A DNA stretch of 45,569 nt from contig DATAFP010000039.1 of the NCBI GenBank assembly GCA_036257415.1, forward strand, positions 1-45,569, read 5' to 3'. The stretch is from Gemmatimonadales bacterium (GTDB lineage: Bacteria > Gemmatimonadota > Gemmatimonadetes > Gemmatimonadales > GWC2-71-9). This document shows, one piece after another, positions 18,503 through 26,393 of the stretch. Every line of letters begins with the position of its first letter. Positions within the stretch are counted from its first letter, which is position 1. The translations under genes were made by a program, and so were the position numbers. The notes below the pieces were generated by a model. The model saw only the letters and a list, made by a program, of their open reading frames with translations, did not search any database and had not been told where the DNA came from.

Positions 18503-19233
18503 CCACCTCGATGCCGACGCAGCAGGCCGACGACCTGGCGACCCGCTACTGGCGGGATGGCTATGTCAGCGTCCGCCGCCAATTCACCGCGGCGGACATC
18601 GAGGCCTGGCGCGCCGAGTGCGACCGGCTGTGGGGAGTGGTGGACGCCGATCCGGACGCCGCCCGGGTCCAGTGGCGCGGCCACGAGCAACAGGGCCAGA
18701 TCCGCGACCGGATCGATCCCGTCGTCGACATCTCGCCGCTCTTCGCGGCCCTCGCGGCCGACGCTCGCCTACTGGGACCGGTGGGCGACGTCCTGCGCGC
18801 CGAGCCGGCTCTCATGAAGGCCAAGCTGATCACCAAGCGACCCGGCACCGCCGGGTACACCATGCACCAGGACTTCCCCTACTGGGCGCCGCTCGGCATA
18901 CCGGCCGACGATCTGCTCACCTTGCAGGTGAGCATCGACGAGTCGCGGGCGGACAACGGAGCGGTCGAGCTATTTCCCCGCTTCCATTACCGGCGACTCG
19001 AGTCGCGGCCTGAGGAGCCGCTCGACGTGGACGAGGCGCGAATGGACCTGAGCGACGCCGAGCTGATCACCCTCCGAGCGGGCGACCTCCTCCTGTTCCA
19101 CAGCCTCACGCCGCACCGGAGCGGACCCAATCGGTCGCAGAGTAGTCGGCGCGCGCTCTTCCTCACCTACACCACCACCGCGCATGGGGACGTCTATCGC
19201 CGGTACCACGAGCATCAGCGGATATCCCAGTAA
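18499..19233 (+). CDS. phytanoyl-CoA dioxygenase (PhyH) family Fe(II)/2-oxoglutarate oxygenase
   Basis: HQD (HxD) in YTMHQDFPYW, a distal His in LTPHRSGPN and an RRALFLTY block. GTG 18499 overlaps the GNAT TGA; ATG 18511 is an alternative start. Confidence 0.75.
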   Translation: MTTSMPTQQADDLATRYWRDGYVSVRRQFTAADIEAWRAECDRLWGVVDADPDAARVQWRGHEQQGQIRDRIDPVVDISPLFAALAADARLLGPVGDVLRAEPALMKAKLITKRPGTAGYTMHQDFPYWAPLGIPADDLLTLQVSIDESRADNGAVELFPRFHYRRLESRPEEPLDVDEARMDLSDAELITLRAGDLLLFHSLTPHRSGPNRSQSSRRALFLTYTTTAHGDVYRRYHEHQRISQ

Positions 19234-19335
19234 GGCCCGTGCAATAATTTGCAGCCCGGCGAGCATACAACTTGCCGCTCCCTCGCGAAACGACCGGAAT
19301 TCCTGCAGCTCTCCGACGCTTTCCGCGAGGTACTC

Positions 19336-19779
19336 ATGCCCAATACCCGGCGCACGCTTCCCGCGCTGCTCGTTGCCGCGGCCCTGACCGGCTGCTCCGG
19401 CAAGAGCATCTACCAGCCTGAACCCAAGCCCGAGCCGTCCGAGTCGAAGAAGAGCACCGCCGCGACGCTCGGCATCCCGCCCGGCCACCTGCCCCCGGCT
19501 GGACAATGCCGTGTGTGGATGCCCGGCAAGCCGCCCGGGCACCAGGCGAAGGCGCGTGGCTGCGCGAACATCGAGGCGTTCGCACCCGCGGGTAGCTGGA
19601 TCGTGTACGGGCCGGTGGACAGCGATGCCGGCCCTGGCAAAGGAAAGGGCAAGGCGAAGGGTCACGACAAGCGACTCGTGCGGGTGCGGGTGGTGGACGA
19701 CCGTCGCGCCGGCGTGATCGTGTGGGTCCGGGTGTTCGACGCGGCGAGCGGCGTCTTGGTGAGCGAGGAGCGGGGCTGA
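19336..19779 (+). CDS. small lipoprotein with IPPGHLPPxGxCRxW motif
   Basis: ATG 19336 gives MPNTRRTLPALLVAAALTGC (lipobox). Contains a conserved-looking LGIPPGHLPPAGQCRVWMPGKPPGHQ block and a Lys/Gly-rich linker. Confidence 0.6.
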   Translation: MPNTRRTLPALLVAAALTGCSGKSIYQPEPKPEPSESKKSTAATLGIPPGHLPPAGQCRVWMPGKPPGHQAKARGCANIEAFAPAGSWIVYGPVDSDAGPGKGKGKAKGHDKRLVRVRVVDDRRAGVIVWVRVFDAASGVLVSEERG

Positions 19780-19792
19780 GCGAGGATGGACG

Positions 19793-19843
19793 GATGGTCA
19801 GAGGGTGGGCTGCACCCCTGACCATCCGGCCCCTCTGACCATC
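19793..19843. repeat. three-arm inverted/direct repeat able to form two alternative hairpins
   Basis: Arm A is GATGGTCAGAGGG (19793-19805). Arm C is CCCTCTGACCATC (19831-19843), its perfect 13-nt complement. Arm B is CCCCTGACCATC (19815-19826), an imperfect complement of A and a direct repeat of C. Confidence 0.6.
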
Positions 19844-21082
19844 TTCCCATCCCCTCCGGCTACCGCTACCCTCAAGGGCCCTACCCTGGGGGATCTCTCG
19901 CCCGAGCTCGAGCTCGACCCCTCCGACCGGAAACTCGTCCGGGCCATCGGAACCCGCGCGCTGGCGGCCAGCGCGGTCAACCTGACCGTCGGCGGCGGGA
20001 TTTTCGTGCTGCCGGCGGTGGTTGCCGGGCAGCTTGGCGCGGGCGCACTGGCGGCCTACGCGGTGTGTGCCGTGGCAATGACCCTGGTCCTGCTCTGCTA
20101 CGCCGAGGCAGGGAGCCGGGTAGCGAGCTCAGGCGGCGCGAGCGTCGTTCGCACTGTCGCGCTGGCGATGCTGCTCGGCGGCCTCGTCTGGCTCAACATC
20201 CGGGGCGTGCGGCAGGGTGCTCGCGCCGTCGAGCTGCTCACGCTGATCAAGCTGGTTCCCCTGGTCGCGTTGGTGCTCTTCGGTCTCGTCGCGGTGGCGG
20301 GCGCGCCGCCCAGCATCGAGCTGCCGACCCCCACGGCCCTCGGCGCGGCTTCCCTGGCCCATCTTCTTCGCCTTCTCCGGCCCGGATGCCGCGCTTGGCC
20401 CCAGCGCCGAAATCGTGGATCCTCCGCGAACCGTGCCCCGCGCCATGATCCTGGCGGTGCTGGGCATCGTCGCGCTCTACGGCGGACTGCACTATGTGGC
20501 GCAGGGACTCCTGGGCCCTGACCTCGCGAAGGAAGGCGCCACGCCGCTTGCCACGGCGGCCGGTCGGCTATGGGGACCGGCAGGGCGCACCTTGTTGCTT
20601 GGTGCCTCTGCGATGTCGGTGTTCGTATGCGTCGCCGGTGATCTGCTCGCGACGCCACGGGCGCTGATGGCGTCGGCGCGCCAGGGCGGCCTCCCCTCAT
20701 GGTTCGGCGCGGTGCATCCCCGCTACCGGACGCCGCACGTGGCCATCGCGGCCTTCGGCTTGGTCATCTTCCTCCTGGGCGTAAGCGGGACCTTCGAGCG
20801 GCTCATCGTGCTCGCCAGCGCGGCACTGCTCGTCGTCTACGGCGCGACGGTCGCGGCCGCGGTGGTGCTCCGCCGACGGGACGTGCGGGCCGGCGGCGAG
20901 CCCTTCCGGACGCCTGGCGGATACCTGGTCCGGTGCTGGCCGGAGCCGTCGTGATCTGGCTGTTGGTCCAGACTACGTGGCGCGAGCGGCTCGGCGTCGC
21001 GGCCCTGCTCGCCATCGCCACCCTGGTGTACGCCGTTCGCCGGGCTCGCACGCTGGAGCCGCTGCCCCGCCTGCAGGGGTGA
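19805..21082 (+). pseudogene. APC-family amino acid permease, disrupted by two frameshifts and a probable internal deletion
   Basis: The permease sequence continues across three ORFs in frames 2, 0 and 2. GGGIFVLP...CYAEAG runs to about 20350. PWPIFFAFSG...PRAMILAVLG...HPRYRTPHVAIAAF runs to about 20930. PVLAGAVVIWLL runs to TGA 21082. Only about 25 aa lie between SSGGA and LNIRGVRQGA, where one more TM helix is expected. Confidence 0.7.
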
Positions 21083-21096
21083 ACTCGATTCCGACG

Positions 21097-21375
21097 ATGA
21101 CGGATTCCGCGACCCGGCTCGAGGTGCTGGCCGCCGCCCGAGAGCGAATCGCTCTCTTCCTCACCCTCCTCATGATCCTGTTGTACTTCGGATTCATCGG
21201 CCTGGTCGCCTTCGCGCGCCCGGTCCTCGCGCGGCGCGTGGTGCCCGGCTTGAGTCTCGGGATCCTGCTCGGAGCGCTGGTGATCGTCGCCTCGTGGCTG
21301 CTCACCTGGGTGTATGTGCGCTGGACCTCGGAGCACTACGACGGCGAGATCGAGCGGCTCAGGGAGGCCGCGTGA
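21097..21375 (+). CDS. DUF485 (YjcH-like) inner membrane protein
   Basis: 92 aa with two TM helices, in the canonical position immediately upstream of actP. Ends in a GTGA overlap with the actP start. Confidence 0.75.
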   Translation: MTDSATRLEVLAAARERIALFLTLLMILLYFGFIGLVAFARPVLARRVVPGLSLGILLGALVIVASWLLTWVYVRWTSEHYDGEIERLREAA

Positions 21376-22943
21376 TCGTGCAGGAGACCGCCATCGGGCA
21401 GCCCAATCCGGTCGCGGAAATGTTCTTCTTCGGCTTCATCGCGGTGACCCTCGGCATCACCTGGTGGGCGGCGCAGCGCACCCGCACCACCGAGCACTTT
21501 TACGCCGCCGGCCGCTCGGTCACGGCGGGACAGAACGGCCTCGCGCTCGCCGGCGATTACATGAGCGCGGCATCGTTTCTCGGCATCGCGGGCCTGGTCT
21601 CGACCACCGGGTTCGACGGCTTGATCTACTCGACCGGCTGGCTGGTGGGTTGGCCGGTCGTCCTCTTTCTCATCGCGGAGCCGCTCCGCAATCTCGGGCG
21701 CTACACCTTTGCCGATGTGCTCGCGGCGCGGCTCCGACCCGCCCCGGTCCGAGTAGCGGCGGCGGCCGGAACGCTCGCTACCGTGACGCTGTACCTGATC
21801 GCGCAGATGGTCGGAGCCGGCGGACTGATCACGCTGATGTTCGGGCTGAGCTACGAAACCGCCATCGTCGTTGTCGGCGCCGCGATGATTGCCTACGTGC
21901 TCTTCGGCGGCATGCTCGCGACCACCTGGGTACAGATCGTGAAGGCGGTGCTGCTCCTGGGCGGGGCCGCGTTGCTCGCGCTGATGGTGCTCTGGCGGTT
22001 CGATCTGAATCCGGCCCGCCTGTTCGCGGCGGCGGCCGAACGCTACGGCGACGGAGTCCTCGCTCCGGGTAAGCTGGTCGCCAATCCGCTGGATGCGCTC
22101 TCGCTGGGCATGGCGCTCATGTTCGGCACGGCGGGGCTGCCCCATATCCTGATGCGCTTCTACACCGTGCCCGACGCGCGCGCCGCCCGCCAGTCGGTCT
22201 TCTACGCCACCGGCCTCATCGGGCTCTTCTATCTGATGACGTTCGTCCTCGGCTTCGGCGCGATGGTGCTGGTCGGCCCCGACGTCATCCGCGCGGTGGA
22301 CAAAGGGGGCAACATGGCGGCGCCGCTCCTCGCGGAACTCCTGGGCGGTCGGCCATTTCTCGGATTCATCGCGGCGGTGGCGTTCGCCACCATCCTCGCC
22401 GTCGTCGCGGGCCTCACCTTGTCGGGCGCCGCGGCGTTGTCCCACGACCTGTGGGTCAACGTTGTCCGGCACGGGAGGGCAGCCGAAGGCGAAGAGCTCA
22501 AGGTCGCCCGGGTGGCAACGCTCGGTCTCGGCCTGCTGGCCGTACTGCTCGGCATCGCGTTCAAGGGGCAGAACGTCGCCTTCATGGTTTCGCTCGCCTT
22601 CGCCATAGCCGCGAGCGGCAATTTTCCCGCCCTCCTGCTATGCATCTTCTGGCGGGGGTGCACCACGGCCGGAGCGGTGGCGAGTATGGTCGTCGGGACG
22701 GTGGGGACGCTCACGCTGATCGCGTTGTCGCCGACGGTACAGATCGACATTCTCCAGCGGTCGGAGGCCTGGTTCCCGCTCAAGAACCCCGCCCTCGTCA
22801 CGTTCCCGGCGTCGTTCGCGGCGGGCATCCTGGTTTCATTGCTGACGGCGAACGCCGACCTTCGGGCCGGCTACCGGCGGTGGGAACGCCGCATGCATCT
22901 CGGTGTTGTAGAAGAAACGCATGGCCACGAGCGTGGATCCTAG
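21372..22943 (+). CDS. actP: cation/acetate symporter, sodium:solute symporter family
   Basis: FYAAGRSVTAGQNGLALAGDYMSAASFLG and GLPHILMRFYTV blocks with about 13 TM helices. GTG 21372 overlaps the DUF485 stop. Confidence 0.85.
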   Translation: MIVQETAIGQPNPVAEMFFFGFIAVTLGITWWAAQRTRTTEHFYAAGRSVTAGQNGLALAGDYMSAASFLGIAGLVSTTGFDGLIYSTGWLVGWPVVLFLIAEPLRNLGRYTFADVLAARLRPAPVRVAAAAGTLATVTLYLIAQMVGAGGLITLMFGLSYETAIVVVGAAMIAYVLFGGMLATTWVQIVKAVLLLGGAALLALMVLWRFDLNPARLFAAAAERYGDGVLAPGKLVANPLDALSLGMALMFGTAGLPHILMRFYTVPDARAARQSVFYATGLIGLFYLMTFVLGFGAMVLVGPDVIRAVDKGGNMAAPLLAELLGGRPFLGFIAAVAFATILAVVAGLTLSGAAALSHDLWVNVVRHGRAAEGEELKVARVATLGLGLLAVLLGIAFKGQNVAFMVSLAFAIAASGNFPALLLCIFWRGCTTAGAVASMVVGTVGTLTLIALSPTVQIDILQRSEAWFPLKNPALVTFPASFAAGILVSLLTANADLRAGYRRWERRMHLGVVEETHGHERGS

Positions 22944-22953
22944 GAGCGAGAGT

Positions 22954-23316
22954 ATGGTGACGAAGATCAACCTGGCCGAGAAGTTCGGGCGGTTCACCGA
23001 TCATTGGAGCCCGAAGATCATCGCCGACCTGAACGACTGCCACGTGAAGCTCGCCAAGGTTCAGGGCGAATTCGTGTGGCACGATCACGCCAACGAAGAC
23101 GAGCTGTTCATCGTGATCGGCGGCGAGCTCACGATCGAGCTGCGCGACGGCGCGGTGACGCTCGGGCCGGGGGAACTGGTCGTCATTCCCAAGGGTGTCG
23201 AGCACCGGCCGGTGGCGTCAGGCGAAGTGCAGCTCATGCTGATCGAGCCGAAGGCCACCCGCCACACCGGCGACGTCGAGAGCGAGCTGACCGCACGCGA
23301 GCTCGCGCGGATTTGA
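22954..23316 (+). CDS. cupin domain protein
   Basis: ATG 22954 is preceded by AGGAG. FVWHDHANEDELFIVIGGEL...VIPKGVEHRPVA is the cupin two-motif core. Confidence 0.8.
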   Translation: MVTKINLAEKFGRFTDHWSPKIIADLNDCHVKLAKVQGEFVWHDHANEDELFIVIGGELTIELRDGAVTLGPGELVVIPKGVEHRPVASGEVQLMLIEPKATRHTGDVESELTARELARI

Positions 23317-23326
23317 GCGGCGGACC

Positions 23327-23677
23327 GTGGTTCATCCCGAGCTTCGCCACATCCGCAGCTTCGATCTGGAACCTCCCTCGCTTCCCCCCGATCCCCGGGA
23401 CTGCGCGGTGCGCTTTCAGGTGCTGATCGGGCCGCAGGGCGGTGCCGAGAGCGAGTCGTTCACGTTCACCGCCGTCACCCCGGGACACCTGGCCCGCATC
23501 GCCGGCGGGCGGTGGGGGAGGGGCTCGCTCATGCTCGCCGCGTTCGACTGGGAGTCGGTAAGCCGGGCGATCGCCCAGCTGCTCGTCGCCTCGGCCCGCC
23601 CGACCTGGGATGAGGTCGCCACCGAGCTCAACCGCGTGCTCGATTGGGAGGTCGGGCGCGACCGCGGCCGCGCCTGA
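23327..23677 (+). CDS. Imm8-like polymorphic-toxin immunity protein
   Basis: The pattern F.VLIGPQGG.ESESFTFTAVTPGHL ... TWDEVATELNRVLDWE matches my recollection of the Imm8 family (IGP.G...ESF...V.TP..L ... W.E.A..L.R...WEFE). Confidence 0.55.
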   Translation: MVHPELRHIRSFDLEPPSLPPDPRDCAVRFQVLIGPQGGAESESFTFTAVTPGHLARIAGGRWGRGSLMLAAFDWESVSRAIAQLLVASARPTWDEVATELNRVLDWEVGRDRGRA

Positions 23678-23816
23678 TCCCCCGGCCGCGTTACTTCTGC
23701 GCCCCGGTCATCGGCTCGTCACCGGTGGTCCATTCAGCCGGATCCTTGATGCGTCCCGCGTCACGCTCCCTGACCTCCAACCGGTTATCCAACTGTGACT
23801 TAGATCACGTTCCAGC

Positions 23817-24248
23817 TCAGCTTGCCTGCGGGGGAGACGGGATGTTGGAGAAGAACTGCTCCTGCACGACCTGTCGTCCTTGACGGTGTAAAGCGCCCTC
23901 TCGGTCAAGGCGAACCGCTGCCCCGTGGGCTTGAAGGTCACGTCGAAGTCATACTGCACGGCGAACTGACGATCGCCAACGAACGGCCCGTTGACTTCCG
24001 CGGATCTCGTGGTTGTCGAACCACCACAGGTTCTTTCCCCGAGCGGCGTCGATGCCAGGCATCTCCGGCGGCGTGGTCTCGTCGCCTACCGACTCGATGC
24101 TGACGATGTTGGGTGAGTACAGCTTCGAGTACAGCTTTTCGATAGCATCCAGGTTCCGCCCCTGCCGGCACAAGGCGACCAGTTCCTGGCGATGGTGGCG
24201 GTGGATGCGGGAGCAGCGGCAGTTAGGACGGGCTCCCCACCATCGCAC
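23817..24248 (-). pseudogene. SnoaL/NTF2-like protein, at least two frameshifts
   Basis: The N-terminal part HHRQELVALCRQGRNLDAIEKLY...NLWWFDNHEI ends in a premature stop. The reading EVNGPFVGDRQFAVQYDFDVTFKPTGQRFALTERALYTVKDD continues in a second frame (shift near 24000). VVQEQFFSNIPSPPQAS-stop continues in a third frame (shift near 23875). The start codon is unclear. Confidence 0.6.
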
Positions 24249-24402
24249 GGCACAGTCAGGTAACAGACTCGCCGATCTGCGAAGAGCTGTGGCTCGCCGT
24301 GGAGGTCGGCGCGGCGCATCATACGTGGCTGCTGACGCACCCTCGCTCTCCTGGCCTCACGCGGCTATTCTCGACTTCCTCCACAGCTTCCGAGGCTGAA
24401 TC

Positions 24403-25995
24403 TTGTCGCTCGCTTATCGCGTCGCCGTCACCGGCATGCTGGTCGCCGCCTGCGCCCCCGCGCCGTCCACCTCTTCGCCCAGCGCCAGCCGGCCGGCGCC
24501 GCAGATGGATCCGGTTCGGCTTCAGCCGAGCACCACCCACCGCTTCGACCCCCGGAGCGTGCCCGCGTACAGTGGTTCGCACCCCGAGGTCTACGGGTAC
24601 ATCGACGCAAATCTCAGTGCGCACCTGCAACAGCTGCAGCGGTGGGTTCGGCAACCGTCGGTCAGCGCGCAGAACATCGGCATTCGCGAGATGGCCGAGC
24701 TGTTGCGGGGAGATTTGTCGAAGCTCGGCTTCAAGGAAGCGGAGCTGGTGCCGACTCGGGGTCATCCCGGCGTCTGGGGATACTACGATGCCGGTGCGGA
24801 GACTACGCTGGCCGTGTACATGATGTACGATGTCCAGCCCGTCGATACCATCGGGTGGCAAGTGCCCGGCTTCGAGGGAGCGGTAGTGGACCATCCGCTC
24901 GGCCGGGCACTGATGGCGCGCGGCGCCACCAACCAGAAGGGTCCCGAACGCACGTTCCTCAATGCGATCGAATCGATCCTCGCGACCCGCGGCAAGCTCC
25001 CGGTCAATCTCATGGTGATCGCCGAGGGCGAGGAAGAGCTCGGCTCGCCCAACTTTCCCCAGGTGGTGGCGAAGTATTCCGACCGTCTTCGCACCGCCGA
25101 CGGGGTCATCTTCCCGTTCCCTGGGCAGGCACCAGCGGGACCGGCGGCGATGAGCCTGGGAGTCAAGGGGATCCTCTATTTCGAGCTGCAGGCCAAGGGC
25201 GACAGTACCGGCGGCCCGAAGGACGCGGAGATCCACGGCTCCTGGAAGGCGCTGGTGGACGCGCCGGCGTGGCGTCTCGCTCAAGCGCTCGCGACCCTGA
25301 CCTCACCCGACGGCAACACCATCCTGGTCCCGGGATACACCGACGCGATCCGCCCTCCCAATGACGAGGAGTGGCGGCTGCTCAACGGAATGCTGGATGG
25401 CTGGACCGTGCAGGAAGCCCGATCGCGTGAGCTGCTCGGCGTAACTGAGTGGGTGGACGGACTCTCCGGCCGAAACGCCCTCGCCCGTTATCTCTTCACC
25501 ACGACGCTCAACATCGATGGGATGTGGTCGGGCTACACGGGTCCCGGTACCAAGACCATTCTTCCCCACGTCGCCACCGCAAAGGTCGACTCACGCCTGG
25601 TTCCCAATCAGCATCCGGATTCCGCGCTTGCGCTGATCCGCCGCCATCTCGACGCGAAGGGTTTCAGCGACATTGTCATCCGCAAGTTGTCCGGTTACCC
25701 GCCCGCCCAGACGTCGGTCGAGGCCCCGCTCATCAAGGCCGCAATCGGCGTGTACAACAAGTTCGGCCAGCCGCTTGGCGTGTCCCCCCGCCTAGGCGGC
25801 AGCGCGCCGTACTACGTGTTCACCGAGCTCGGGCTTCCGATGGTGCCGGCGGGCATTGGACACGGGTCGGGGGCGCACGCCCCGAACGAATACCTGGTGG
25901 TGGAGCCCAAGGCCGGCTCCCCTCTGGCAGGACTAGCCCAGATGGAGAAATTCTACGTAGACCTGCTCTACGCGCTCGCGGAGGTCCCCCGATGA
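24403..25995 (+). CDS. M20 family dipeptidase/peptidase, exported (possible lipoprotein)
   Basis: YMMYDVQPV, VIAEGEEELGSP and a C-terminal GSGAHAPNEY, typical of M20 enzymes. The N-terminus is VAVTGMLVAAC. Start is TTG 24403, with alternatives at 24421 and 24436. Confidence 0.8.
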   Translation: MSLAYRVAVTGMLVAACAPAPSTSSPSASRPAPQMDPVRLQPSTTHRFDPRSVPAYSGSHPEVYGYIDANLSAHLQQLQRWVRQPSVSAQNIGIREMAELLRGDLSKLGFKEAELVPTRGHPGVWGYYDAGAETTLAVYMMYDVQPVDTIGWQVPGFEGAVVDHPLGRALMARGATNQKGPERTFLNAIESILATRGKLPVNLMVIAEGEEELGSPNFPQVVAKYSDRLRTADGVIFPFPGQAPAGPAAMSLGVKGILYFELQAKGDSTGGPKDAEIHGSWKALVDAPAWRLAQALATLTSPDGNTILVPGYTDAIRPPNDEEWRLLNGMLDGWTVQEARSRELLGVTEWVDGLSGRNALARYLFTTTLNIDGMWSGYTGPGTKTILPHVATAKVDSRLVPNQHPDSALALIRRHLDAKGFSDIVIRKLSGYPPAQTSVEAPLIKAAIGVYNKFGQPLGVSPRLGGSAPYYVFTELGLPMVPAGIGHGSGAHAPNEYLVVEPKAGSPLAGLAQMEKFYVDLLYALAEVPR

Positions 25996-26384
25996 CCATC
26001 ACCGACGACCGGCTGCGCCCGCCGCCCAGCGTACGCGAAGCGGGGCCCGAACTGCCGCTCGATCTGGTCGCGACGCTGCGCGCGCTGCGTGCCGAGCCCC
26101 ATCCACCCACGCAAGGTCACCGGCAGATCAGCGTGGCCCATCGCGGCCCGCTCCGGCTAGTGCTCTTTGCCTTCGACCAGGGCGGCCGGCTGCCGGCGCA
26201 TCAGGCCCCCGGTCTTGTCACCATCCTCGCTCTCGCCGGGCGGCTCAGGGTGCGCACGCCCCGCGGCACCCACGAGCTTGAAGCCGGCCAGGCGGTGCTG
26301 CTCGACCCGGACATTCCCCACGACGTCGAGGCCCTGGTCGAGAGCGACATGCTGCTCGCAGTGCACCTGCTCGAGCCCCGGTGA
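25992..26384 (+). CDS. cupin domain protein
   Basis: ATG 25992 overlaps the M20 TGA (ATGA). GGRLPAHQAPGLVTILALAGRLRV...AVLLDPDIPHDVEA is a cupin-like core. Confidence 0.6.
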   Translation: MTITDDRLRPPPSVREAGPELPLDLVATLRALRAEPHPPTQGHRQISVAHRGPLRLVLFAFDQGGRLPAHQAPGLVTILALAGRLRVRTPRGTHELEAGQAVLLDPDIPHDVEALVESDMLLAVHLLEPR

Positions 26385-26393
26385 GAGACGGAT

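Noticed and set aside
15135-19233. Reading this region as an ectoine/hydroxyectoine (ectABCD) cluster.
   Set aside because: There is no EctC-type cupin synthase. The aminotransferase looks class I/II rather than the class III EctB type. An ATP-grasp ligase has no role in ectoine synthesis.
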